Source: the human T2T-CHM13v2.0 reference genome, Homo sapiens
Reading direction: 5' to 3' (one strand)
Assembly: GCF_009914755.1 (NCBI RefSeq)
Contig: NC_060947.1
DNA: 64,000 nt
Of this stretch, positions 51,170 to 64,000 are shown piece after piece. Each line of letters starts with the position of its first letter. Position 1 is the first letter of the stretch. Position numbers and translations under genes: made by a program. The notes under the pieces were generated by a model. It saw only the letters and a program-made list of their open reading frames with translations. It made no database searches and had not been told where the DNA came from.

Positions 51170-51711
51170 TAGTGAAGCTTGTAATCATAGAAAAATTGTG
51201 ATCAGACACTTCACAAAGAATACACATATTTTATTATAACCAAGAGTTTACCTTTTGCGTGAAGCTGTCTATGGTTTTGTTTATTTTTTATTTTTTTGGA
51301 AATATTCTTTGGAGAATAGTTTCTTATATAATATCATCGTACAAATGTCATAATAGTCAGGACTTACCTTTGTTGAATCTAACCAGTCAATTAGTGCACA
51401 TTTTTGGATACATTCTGTTATTTCACAGCTCAATATAAGAAGGAAATGTAAGACGTGAATTCTGTCCTCAAGGAAGTTACTATGCAGTTGTAGAAATCAA
51501 ACTGACGTACATTAAACACATGGAAAACATTGTGTTAACTTTGCAGCACTGGCTCTAAGTAGAAGAAAATAGTGTTGACTAGAACGTTTAAGGTTTCATG
51601 AAAGAGATAAGACTTAAAAGATTTGGATAGGTCAAGGGATGAAGGAAAGTATTGCCAGATAGGTAGAACAACTAGATCAAATACACAGAAGTAAAGATTA
51701 ATACCTGTTTC

Positions 51712-52500
51712 TAACACTTCTCAAAAGTAAACATTTATGCTGCCAACAAACATATGAAAAAAAGCTCATCATCACTGGTCATTAGAGAAATGCAAATCAA
51801 AACCAGAATGAGATACCATCTCACAGCAGTTAGAATGGCAATCATTGAAAAGTCAGGAAATAACAGATTCTGGAGAGGATGTGGAGAAATAGGAACGCTT
51901 TTACACTGTTGGTGGGAGTGTAAATTCAACCATTGTGGAAGACAGTGTGGTGATTCCTCAGGGATCTAGAGCCAGAAATACCATTTGACCCAGCAATCCC
52001 ATTACTAGGTATATACCCAAAGAATTATAAATCATTCTACTATAAAGACACATGCACACATATGTTTATTGCAGCACTGTTTACAATAGTAAAGACTTGG
52101 AACCGACCCAAATGTCCATCAATGATAGACTGGATAAAGAAAATGTGGCACATATACACCATGGAATACAATGCAACCATAAAAAAGAATGAGTTCATCG
52201 TGGATGAAGCTGGAAACCATAATCCTCAGCAAACTAACACAAGAACAGAAAACTAAACATCGCTTGTTCTCACTCATAAGTGGGAGTTGTACAATGAGAA
52301 CACATGGATACAGGGAGGGGAACATCACACACCAGGGCCTATTGGGGGGTAGGGGGCTAGGGGAGGTATAGCATTAGGAGAAATACCTAATGTAGATGGC
52401 AGGTTGATGGGTGAAGCAAACCACCATGGCACATGTATACCTATGTAACAAACCTGCACGTTCTGCACGTGTATCCTAGAACTTAAACTATATTTTAAAA
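51712..52500 (+). mobile_element. 5'-truncated L1PA7/8-like element
   Basis: TSD attaatacctgtttc at 51697-51711 and 52501-52515. Confidence 0.93.
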
Positions 52501-54019
52501 ATTAATACCTGTTTCCACTCTAGAGATATGGCTGTGTTGGCTGAGTCAGGAACCCTACGTTAAATCCTAACTGGGAGATTATAGAACTCTGGTTTTTATA
52601 TAATTAAATGATGTATTTCTTGTTTATTTTATAGCATATGTTCACTGGTAAAACCACTACAAATCAAATAAGCATATTAAGGATAATCTTAATCAACTTT
52701 CCCCTAAGTAGTAAATCCATATTAAAGATTGCAGTTGGTTCAGGGCTATGTGATATTAAAAGAGTTTTATACGTTTCTGAATCAGATGAGCGAGATTGAG
52801 AAATCAGTTTATAGCTTTTCCTGTACTACCTAATTACAAAATCATCTTTCCCCATTGCACTTAATATAATACAAAAGTAATAATGCCACAATAAGATCTC
52901 ATTAGTACTAACTCAATGGCCAGAGAACTAGACAATTTATAATTTGTGAATAAAATTCAGGTTATCGATATTGAAAGCCATGTTCTTTTTTCTCCTTTGA
53001 AGAAATTTTAAATAACTAACTTTTTTTGGATGAGATGTCTACAGTTCTAATAGAGGAATAACATATAACCCAATTTAGGCATTTAAACCAAAATAAGTGA
53101 CATTTTGGTTCAAGTATAAATTGGTTAATATTTTGATAGTTTGGATCATTTATTTTAGAAATTGTTGGTGCTAGCCATACTCAAACTGGCAAAATGTTAT
53201 TTAAGTCAGAATTTTGGAATAAAATAATTTTGCATTTAGTCTAAACTAGAACTATGAAATCGTTTTTGTTAAATTATGATAATTATTTTTCTTAAAGTTT
53301 TTGGTCTTAAGAGGTTACTAGGAGGGTTGCAGATTATTGTTGGCTACACATGATATGAGAGAATAATGGTATGTGGTTTATGATAGTCTGTCTCCAGAGA
53401 GGTTACAGAAGAGTAGCTCAGATTCTCTGGATATTTGGGATAAAGGCACATATATTGGAAGAACCAAGGAAACTCTTTACTGATAACTGTCCATATTGAA
53501 GTAAAATTGAAAAGTATTAAAAAGGTAGTTCCAAGTCAAGCAAATTAGTTTTATGCATTATTCTCAGTATAGCTGACCTTAAGGTTTTTTAGATGAGAAT
53601 CTTAAAAAGCTGGACATGGTAGCTCTTAAAGATCTAGTTTAACACTTCCATTTTGCAGAGAAGCAAATTGAGGTTCATAGTGGTCAGGTGACTTGCCAAG
53701 TGCCATATACAATATTTGAGTCAATGTTAGAATCAAGATCTCCTTCCTTCCAATCTAGTCTTTTTGTTTTTACTGTATTTCCTATGTGATTTAAAGTTTG
53801 TTGTTTAAAAGATGCTAACCCAAATATACCTCATCACCGTCCTCTCATACACCTCAGTATTCATGATTCTTATGTTATCCTGTTTTGATATTCCCAAAGG
53901 AGATAACTCAATATGGCCAGCAACGTTTCAGTATGAATTAGTTTATCAGTAGTTAAAAGTTTCAAAATCTAGAGGAGATGGGCACAGGTAAGTTTTGATA
54001 CAGAAATGGAAAAGGAAAG

Positions 54020-54158
54020 GTCCAGAAAATGTTATGACCGGAGGTTCAAGGAGACTTAACCCGATATTTCCCCTAGGAGCAATGGTTCAGTATTTGCTAA
54101 TTCAGTGTTTATTGTGACTTTGTAAAACATAATTACTGCAAATAATGAGAATCAACTG
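54020..54158 (-). mobile_element. MER82/Tigger-type terminal fragment
   Basis: atttcccctaggagcaatggttcagtatttgctaattcagtgt...aataatgagaatcaactg|TA. Confidence 0.7.
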
Positions 54159-54539
54159 TACATGTATTCTTACTGTGTTTTTAGTGCTTCCTAGTCTGAT
54201 AGGAAATGTCTTTTTTTGATATGTTTTTATCATTTCTTTCAGTCCAATTAATGGTGTATAGCTGCTCTCAAACTTTAGTACATATGTGGAATTATCTCTC
54301 TTTATACTTTATTTATCATGTTGAAATTTTTTGATGATAACTTTAGTATATCTTTATTTTGTAATTAAATACAAATTATCTCAAAAGACCTCAGTTTATA
54401 GTGTTATAAGTAGCCTGAGTTGCATCAGATGCTTTTAATATTGCAGTGCCACCTAATATAGACACAGTTCTTGGACATGTGTCTACAGCATTGATAAAAT
54501 TTACTTAGCACTATTTTTAAAATGTCATTATTTATTCAT

Positions 54540-54875
54540 TTAAATTTCAACTTTTATTTTAGATTCAGGTGCTGCATGTGCAGGTTGGTTACATTGGTAT
54601 ATTGCATGATGCTGAGGTTTGGGATATGTGATGCTGAGGTAGTGAGCATAGTACCCAATAGGAAGTTTTTTATCCCTTTCTCCTCTTTCTCCATTCCCCC
54701 TTTTTTGGAGTTCTCAGTGTCTATTGTTCCCATCTTTGTAGCCATATGTACCAGGTGTTTAGCTCCCACTTAAATATGAGAATATGTGCTATTTGGTTTT
54801 CTGTTCCTGCATTAATTCACTTAGGATAATGGCCTCCAGCTGCATCCATGTTGCTGCAAAAAACATGATTTTATC
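54540..54875 (-). mobile_element. L1PB/L1MA 3' end, interrupted by an Alu
   Basis: Reverse L1 3' UTR; resumes briefly after 55171. Confidence 0.8.
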
Positions 54876-55170
54876 TTTTTTTTTTTTCTTGAGACGGAGT
54901 CTTGCTCTGTTGCCCAGGATGGAGTGCAGTGGTGCCATCTCAGCCCACTCCAAGCTCCGCTTCCTGGGTTCACACCATTCTCCTGCCTCAGCCTCCCGAG
55001 TAGCTGGGACTACAGGCATGTGCCACCACACCCGGCTAATTTTTTGTATGTTTAATAGAGACGAGGTTTCACCATGTTAACCAGGATGGCCTCAATCTCC
55101 TGACCTCGTGATCTGCCTGCCTCGGCCTCCCAAAGTGCTGGGATTACAGGCATGAGCCACCGTGCCCGGC
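54876..55170 (-). mobile_element. AluY/Sc-type
   Basis: Full dimer flanked by tgatttt. Confidence 0.93.
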
Positions 55171-56329
55171 TGATTTTCATTTTTTATGACTTTATGGTAT
55201 TTCATCTCAGCCCAATTTTTAAAGTAAATACTTAGTTCTCTTCTACTCCCTATGTAGTAGCTGGCTGCCAGCATTTTGGAGTTTTGCCCTTTGCTTTTTT
55301 ATTTTCCTTGCTATATCTCCTTTCTGTCCATTTTTTTCCCGCTTAATTAGTTCCCTGTCAACTGATCCAATTTTTCCTAAAATTCCTACCCTAAAGACTT
55401 AGCATAATAATACAGCTCACTGTGGTCCCAGAGCCTCTTCCCTCTAATGGGACTCTATTCCATTTAATCCAGAAGTTGCCACTGCTCTTTTTAAAGATTG
55501 TGAAATAAAACCAGAAATCAGCCAAATGCCTTAGAAAATTCTTAGATGTAATTAATCAGTGTCAATATCTTCATCTATTATTTTCATTGTCAGAAAAAAA
55601 AAGTGTTTCTAGGTTAAGGTAAATATAAAAGGATAATCAAGACTGAATAAAAATCTCAAACCTGTTTAAGATAAATTAACATGTGGAAAACATTGTATAT
55701 TGCTATACAAAAAAATCTACTAATGCAGTAAGATTTTTATTTTTTCTAAGCTGTTACTAGTTTAATAAAAGCCATGTAATTATAATGAGGAATTTGGGGA
55801 GTGTTAAAAAGTACTTAAAATGTCTTTAAGATTCTTATTCAAAATTTATTTTAACCAGCTATTACACTGCTTTTCTGTGTCATTGGCAAGCTTAGATAGG
55901 GTCTTTGTTAACTGAATATTTTAAAATACCATGACATTTTGATATATTATTATTGAATTGATAATAAACCAATTACTGCATTTCCTAATTTATAGCATTA
56001 ACTTGGAACACATTGAATATAAAAACCAAATTTTCCTGTTAAATTAACTTACTTAATGCAAGATGTGGCATAGAAGTCATTTTATGAGTATATCCAGGTT
56101 AGAGGATATTTTGACCAATGTTAAAATTTTACTGTTAGTCCCATAAACTTTACAAAGTTAACATTTTGTTCTAAACCCTACTACCAACAGTGACTTTAAA
56201 AGTGCATACTTTTATGTCTTTTATACAAAACTATTTAATGGCTTTATTTAATATTTTATTTGATTAACTATATCATCCAGTGTTCATTAATTGCAATGTG
56301 CCGTAAAGTTCGAAACACTGTTCTTTATG

Positions 56330-57180
56330 AAACCATTTCCTGTCTTAGTTTCCATAACATACTGTTCTTGTTTTACTCCTGACTCTGCCCATGCCTTCTC
56401 AGTCTCCTTTGCTGCCTTCTCCTCTATCTGTTCTCTAAAGTTGTAGTTCATAAAGCATTTGTCCTGGTTCCTCTTCTGTCTCTATGTTTTCTTCCTAGAT
56501 TGGTTCTTCCATTTCTGTAATATTTTTGACAAGTAAAAATTGTATTTAAGATATGCGGTGTGATGTTTTGATACATGTAGACATTGTGAAATGTTTAACC
56601 ACAATCAAGCTAATTAACATATCCATTACCTCACATAATTACCTTTGTGCATGTGTGGTGAGAACACTTGAGATCTACTGTCTTAGCAAATTTCAAGTAA
56701 ACAATACAATATTATTAACTATAGTCACCATCCTGTACATTATTAGGTCTCTAGAACTTATTCATCTTGTAGCTGAAAGCTTGTGCCATTTGACCATTTT
56801 CATAACTTTTAGCAACATCTATATACAAATTACTCCCAAATTTAGATCTCCAAAACCCTGAACTCTAGCCTCAAAAACCCCACTGCCTACTTTACAAGCT
56901 GATGTCTCTCAGGCATCTCAAATTTAACATGTCTATAAATGAACTAATGATTACCCCTAATTCAGGACAGGTGCATATACACCCATACACACACACACTT
57001 TTTGTTACTCTCTTTACTCCACGTGCAGTAAATGACACTGGTATTTGCCCACTTTGTCAAACCAGAAGGCAGAGATTAATTCTTTACTCCTCTTTCTCAC
57101 ATTTCACATTTGATCCATTATTAGTTCCTATGGACTCTACCTCAAAAACATTTCTGGATCTGTTAATTTATCTCTATTTA
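56330..57180 (+). mobile_element. L2 fragment interrupted by an L1MA 3' end (minus strand, ~56520-56800)
   Basis: caggcatctcaaatttaacatgtc L2 motif; L1MA motif gtggtgagaacacttgagatctact. Confidence 0.7.
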
Positions 57181-58268
57181 AAATGAAATGATACTGAAAA
57201 CTACTCATTGGGTTTCTCAATATGTACTCTATATATAAACTTAAGAGTTTTAGTACAGTTAGGATAGGGAAGGTAAGATTGCATAGGGTTAAAAGTGAGT
57301 GAAAAGGCTCTTTGAAGAGGATGAGGAGAGATCAGGGGTCACTTTTCTTTGTTTTTATTAATATTTTGTTTGAATATGTAACTTTGAAGTCTTGACTTAA
57401 AATGTATATCTATATATAATATGTAGATATATAAAATATATTACTATATATTAGTTAGAAGTTTCCTCTTTATTTGTATTTCTCACTGGCTGATCTACCC
57501 TACCCACAATTAGGTAACTTTTTACTTTTATTACTTTAAAAACATTATTCTAGAGCTTCTGTTTGCAAATATAAATATATAGTGATATTTTATCTCCAAG
57601 AGAGATTTTTTTTCTTTTTTTTTAATATGGGAAATCCTGCATAAAAAATCCATAGCAAGGTCCTCCCTCATTTGTTGATGCCACTTTTCTTTATCAGGAT
57701 GGAGAGCATAAAGTAAGTCCTTGGTGCCTTCCTTCAGCCTAGCTTCACCTATGTAGAACAGAAATCTCTCAAAGTTTCTTTCTGGTATGGAGATACCACT
57801 CCAGAGTCTCTGGTAATGACAAGGGTTGTTTTTTCTTCTTTACATATTCCATTGGCCATTTTCGTGGGAAATTGTGAGTTATGGAACTTAGATGCTGATA
57901 TTCAAATTTTGGTGTTACCAAGACATTGTAGATTATACTTTATACTTAAAATTTTGTGAGATCAGGAAAAAATTGTAAGGAATTATATTTCCAAGTTTTC
58001 AAAGTACTTTTTTTATTTTTAATGATATAGTTAGTAGTGTTCCTAATGTTAAGAAGCTTATTGTTTATGGAAAGTCACCTGATACAGAGTAAGTATTCTG
58101 CTTATTTTCTATGTAAGAAACATCAGAATCATCCACTGCATATGTTTTCATGGCTTGGTGTTTACTTTTTAAATGTGTGAAACATAAAATTTCTGAAATT
58201 TTTGTATATTTAGATCCATCTAAAACTAAAGCTCCCAGAAATCTAGGAGTCCATAAAGAGTAGTTTTA

Positions 58269-58576
<308 letters not shown>

Positions 58577-58916
58577 TTAAATGAGATAATATACTTAAAG
58601 TATTTAGCAAACTACAAGACAGACAATGTTCAATGAAAGGTAGGAGTCATTATTTTATTAAAAGGAGCAGTAATAGAATAATTGTAATAGTAATAGTAGT
58701 TGTTCTTGTCACCATATTTTATTGTGTCATAGCAAATGTGAACTCTCTCCCAGGAGACTTTTAACTAACTGATTAATTCAAAGGTCTCACTTGTACTGTT
58801 CATTAGTATTTCATGGTATGTTAAGAAAAGTTGACAGTATTGACAGTGTCATTATTTATAATATTAAATAGATCTCTCTAGTGGTGAGTTTGAGAGAGAG
58901 AAAGAGAGAAGACAGG

Positions 58917-58918
<2 letters not shown>

Positions 58919-58953
<35 letters not shown>
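58919..58953. repeat. (GT)n microsatellite preceded by a GA-rich tract
   Basis: Direct reading. Confidence 0.95.
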
Positions 58954-58955
<2 letters not shown>

Positions 58956-59349
58956 CCATATGGACTTATTCCACAAATGTATTATGAAGCCTTAATTATA
59001 CAAATTATTTAATGAAGTAAGCATTCTTATTGAGAAAATAGTAAAATGTCTTATTTACCTAGTACTTTGGGTTTAATGTAGATCTTAATATCATTTACTC
59101 TATAAACTACCTTTAGAATTTTGCCTTTTTATTGCCATGCACTTAAAGTAGTAATACTTTCCCAAACAAGTAAAAACAAGTTTTTGCCTGTTATCATTTT
59201 ACTTATTAAAGAACTTTTTGTAATTTTCCCTTTTCTCACAGAATGCACAAGTGCTAAATGTTTTTGAAATAGCATAACAAATAAGCAGTTTTTAAAAGAA
59301 AAAGTCATATATTGTATTCTGCTTGATTTTTAGAAAAGGGATAAGAGAA

Positions 59350-59805
59350 TGAATGCTTTATTAAATACTCACTACACATTTTCCCACTTAATCATCAAAT
59401 AGCCATATGAAGTATATTATTGTTTTCCACATTTAATAGATGAGAAAACTAAAGTAACAAAGATTAAATAATTTATTCATGATAACAGTTTATGAATTAC
59501 AGATATTCAGATTAAAGAGCAGTTATGTTAGGACTCCAAGACTATCATATTTTCTACTATACAATTCTGCTTTTAATCTTTATTGAGGAATCTATAATGT
59601 TCAAGGTACCATGCTGGGTACACTTACATAATATGTTATCTCATCTTAATTTTCATAACAACCATGTGAGATAGAAAATATATGCATTTTATACATGAAA
59701 GATGTAGGACTTTCAGAATGTAAGTAATTTACCAATGATTTTATAGATATGAAATGGCAGAGCTGGAATTTGATTCTCTATCAGTCTAGTAATTCCAGAG
59801 CCTAA
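59350..59805 (-). mobile_element. Two MIR fragments
   Basis: cacatttaatagatgagaaaact and aaatggcagagctggaatttga. Confidence 0.6.
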
Positions 59806-59969
59806 AATCTATCACACTTTTAAACCCAGAGAGTTAATGGGAAAAGACCCCAATCCAATAACACTTCATGTCTTACTAATCATAATGTGACATGATCCCC
59901 TTTACTATGAGTTTTAAAATTTGTCTTAACATTAACAGTTCAATTACAATTAGAATTCTGATTTTGAGC

Positions 59970-60862
59970 AATCATCAGAGAAACACAAATCAAAACTACA
60001 GTGAGATAATCATCTCACCCCAGTTAAAATGGCCGTTATCCAAAAGACAGTAACAACAAATGCTTGATGATGGTGTAGAGAAAAGGGAACATTCGTACAC
60101 TGTGGTGGGGATGTGAATTAGTAAAACCACTATGGAAATGGTTTGGAGGTTCTTCAAGAAACTAAAAATAGAGCTACCATACAATCCAGCAATCTCACTG
60201 CTTGGTATATGCCAATAAGAACGGAAATCAGTATACAGAAGGGATATCTATACTCCCATGTTTGTTGTAGCACTGTTCACAATAGCCAAAATTTGGAAGC
60301 AACCTAAGTGTCCACGAACAGACAAATGGATACAGAATATGTGATACATATACACAATATAGTACTATTCAGACAAAAAAAGAATGAGATCCTGTCATTG
60401 AAACAACATGAATGTAAATGGAGGTCATTACATTAAGTAAAATAAGCCAGATACAGAAAGATAAACTTCACATGTTCTCACTCATTTGTGGGAACTAAAA
60501 CATGAAACAGTTGAACTCATGGAGATAAAGAGCAGAAAGTGTTTATCAGAGACAAGGAAGGGTAGTGGGAGTTGGAGAGGGGGAAGTAGTGATGGTTAAT
60601 AGGTAAAAAAGTAGTTAGAAAAAATGAGTAAACTCTAATATTTGCTAGCACAACAGGGTGATTACAGTCAATAATAATTGTACATTTAAAAATAACTAAA
60701 AGAGTATAATTGGATTGTTTGTAACACAAGGGATAAATGTTTAAGAAGATAGATATCCCATTTATCATGTGATTATTATGTGTTGCATTCCTGTACCAAA
60801 ATATTTCATGTATTCTATAAATATATACACTATGTACCCATAAAATAAAAATAATTTTAAAA
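59970..60862 (+). mobile_element. L1MA 3' end
   Basis: ORF2 tail and L1MA 3' UTR (gcacaacagggtgattacagtcaataataat). Confidence 0.88.
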
Positions 60863-62315
60863 TTACCCAGAAGAAATAATTCTGAAACTAGTTGAAGAAA
60901 AGTTTATCTGCAGGATCCATTCTCTGTACATATTCCCTGGTTTGAGTCAGCAAACTCTGGAATTATATTTCCTAGAACAGTGAGGGCCTCCTTGACTTTC
61001 ACTCAGCCTGGAGTTCCATCTTTTCTCAAACCCCAGTAATTCCTATTCATTTAAGATGGCTCAGATGTCAATCATAGGAACCTTTTATTGGCCACTCCGC
61101 ACTGCCTTCTTGTATATTATTCTTTTTACTGGCAGGTTGTATTTATACTTTTTGGGTTATTGTTTCCAACTCTATTGAACTCTTTGAAGGCAGAGATTCT
61201 ATTCATCTTTTATCTTGTTGGTCTGTCATAGTGCCCGGTGCCTCGTAGGTATTTGAGAATTATTTATTGCAGTCAATTGATTTAAATTTTATGTATATCT
61301 TTGCCAAAGCTGTACACATTTGAGCAGTGATTATCTTCCACCAACTGATCTGAGTCATTGCAAGAGGTTGATATGTTTTTATTGGCAACAAGAATTGACT
61401 GTAGCTTGAATAAAATGCCTTATACAAATGTACATATTTTTAAAACAGAATTACTTAGAGCTGTTACTGAATTAGTGTTATTGTTATATAGTTATTCAGT
61501 CAGTGACACTGAAGATGACAACTGTCAGGTGGGGTTGTGTGAATCTTTTTGGTGTTTAAAATAGCTCCTCATACTCAGAAAGCTTGGGGACCATGGAAAT
61601 CAGGAACTTGCTGCTTATATCAACCTTTTTTTTCTTTAAAACACCAGTTACTATCACTTGTGAATGGCAAAAGTTCAATATTATGTCTATGTTATTTCAA
61701 TAAGTATTTCTTCAGCTCTTATTTTTTTGCCAGATCTTTCCCTAGATACTGTCAAGAAAACCCAGAGATATAAAATATTTCTGGACTTGCCCTTGTGTAT
61801 ACACATTGTGGTTATTTTTGCTGCAGTTATCCAGTGATATCAGGTACAAGTGACTTGAGGGCTTAGATTATTCAATTAGTGTCTGTTTTCTTTGCATGGT
61901 ATTTCACTTATGTTAGACACATTTTAATCAAGAAACTTGAAGTTTTTCATGGACATGAATAGTATTTATTCTATATCATGACTTAAAGGAAAGAGATGTT
62001 TCATAGCACATGCAAATGTTCTCAAATAGGAATTCAAAATAAAAATCCAAATGTAAGGAGAATCGTATTTAGATTGTACTTAGATTTTTATCTTTGTCCT
62101 GAAGAAACATTCCATTCTGAATGTGTAAAATAAAGGGAATTTTGAAAAATACAACAGTGAAAGATCAAGACAGAAAAAATGCCAGATCCCTAACATTTGA
62201 AATGAGTTAGCTAGCATTTAGAAGGAAACTTTATATGTCAATTGGTAAGTTCCAAAGAAAAACAGGTCAAAATACTGTTTATCCCCAACAGCTAATATTA
62301 TTGTTACCTAGAGTA

Positions 62316-62607
62316 CAGTTGACCCTTTAACAACATGGTTTGCGTTGCACTTGTTCACTTCTATATTTTTTAAAAAATAAATGTAGTTAATCCTCCATAC
62401 TTATAGGTTCCCCATCTACAGCTAAATACAGATGGAAAATACAGTATTAGTGAGATGTGAAACCATAGATACATAGGTCCCATTTGTCTTATATGCAAGT
62501 TTGGCAGGGCTGCCTGTAGGACATGAGTATTATGGATTTTGATATCTGTAGGTGTTCAGGGGGCAGTGTCCTTGAATCAGTCCCCAAAAGATACCAAGGG
62601 ATGACGG
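62316..62607 (+). mobile_element. MER2B-like Tigger MITE
   Basis: TA|cagttgaccct...gataccaagggatgacgg|TA. Confidence 0.7.
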
Positions 62608-62624
62608 TAGTTTCTTCATAAGCA

Positions 62625-62954
62625 TTTATTTATTTTTATTTTTATTTTTTAGAGAGACGCTCTTGCTGTCTCTCAGACTGGAGTGCAGTGACAAGATCAG
62701 ACCATAGCTCACTATAGCCTCAAACTCCTGGGCTCAAGGGATCCTTCCACCTCAGCCTCCTGAGTAGCTGGGGTAACAAGTACGTGCCACCACACCCAAC
62801 TATGTTTTTTTTTTAATTTTTTAAAATTTGTTTTTGGTAGAGATAGAGTCTCACTGTGTAACCCATGCTGGTCTCGAACTCCTGGCCTCAAGTATTCTTC
62901 CTGTCTTGACCTCCAAAGTGATGGGATTACTGATGTGAACCACCATGCCTGGCC
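62625..62954 (-). mobile_element. AluJ
   Basis: atagctcactatagcctcaaactcctgggctcaag is J-type; highly diverged. Confidence 0.9.
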
Positions 62955-64000
62955 CACAAACCTTTATTAATTATAGGAGGCAAATAAAAAAACAGCCAAA
63001 TTGTTTGCATTCAACTCTGATGTGATACGCTACAATTAAACCTTGAGTGGATCATGAAATTATTATATACTTTTTTGACTTAAAGTACTTTTCTGATTAT
63101 AAAATACATGTTAATTGTTGAAAATACAGAAAAAGTCTTTAAAAATCACCACAAGATATACAATTTATATTTTTCCCAATAGTTTTCTACTCATGTGTAT
63201 ATGTATAGCATATGTTTCACAATTTGGATCATATTATATGCAATTTTGCATACAGTTTTAACATCTTGAATGTTTTTCAATACTATTAAGTAATATTTTA
63301 ACATGACTTTAAATGGCTGCTTAATAGTCTGTTATCTAAAATGTGTCTGACTTTTACTAGAGGCTTAAGTTTCAGTAAATATCTGTGCATAAATCTTTGT
63401 TTATATTTATTTTTTAATTCCTACTTTAAGCAAATGTGCTATCTCATTGGTTTTTTTTTAGTATACTTACAGAATTGATAGACATTGGCAATAAAAGATA
63501 AATAAGATATGTTGTTACTTCTAGGACTTGAGGGTCTAATGAAGGAGACAAACTTGTAAACAAATGATATGACAATACAATATGAGGTTTTTAACAATAT
63601 GAAAAAATATGTATATGTCAATGTGCTAAGGAAACCAGAGGAGGAAACAACTATAACTCTATATGAAACTATATAATTCTTTGATTTCACTTGCTCATGT
63701 AAAATTTCACAAAACTTAGTTATTCAGCAGTGATAAGGAGAATAATTTCTTGAGTATTTGGGAATATCATGAGAACCATTCCCAATGGAAGTGTATAATG
63801 ATTCCATTTTGTTGAGCTGCTTCTTACCTCCTAAGAGAGACTTTCTCAAAGTATGATCCCTAGACTGGCAGTGTCAGCATTACCTGGGAACTTGGAAGTA
63901 CTATTTTGAGAGAAATCTTTTTTTTCTGAGCAGGAGGTCTTAACAGTGGGCTTCAAATATCCTCTAAACCATGCTATAGACATACAGACTATCATCCAGG

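Overview
Primate (almost certainly human) genomic DNA, AT-rich and repeat-dense, with no intact protein-coding exon. A small CpG island at about 27.9-28.3 kb is a head-to-head promoter. Leftward (minus strand) runs a decayed, intron-containing CHMP1B-type ESCRT-III gene. Its exon 1 remnant (27922-27937) reads ACG-TCG-AAT-ATG-GGG-A, and its exon 2 (2661-2757) encodes KPLFYLKFAAKELNRNAKKCDKEEKAEKAKIK. I recognise it as CHMP1B2P (X-linked, from memory). The ~25 kb intron between these exons has textbook minor-spliceosome (U12) signals. Rightward lie three short non-coding candidate exons that fit the 5' UTR of TENT5D/FAM46D; that identity is from recalled synteny, and its CDS is outside the window. 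The rest is transposon archaeology: a MER4-group ERV1 provirus with a tRNA-Phe PBS, two near full-length dead L1PA elements, two twin-primed inverted L1 insertions, a MER82 split by an L1, an AT-rich minisatellite grown from an L1 target-site duplication, and Alus, MIRs, L2 and MER DNA transposons. I see no evidence of a wholly new biological system. The best leads are the U12 intron preserved in the pseudogene and the shared promoter. Repeat subfamily names are from recall, not from a search.
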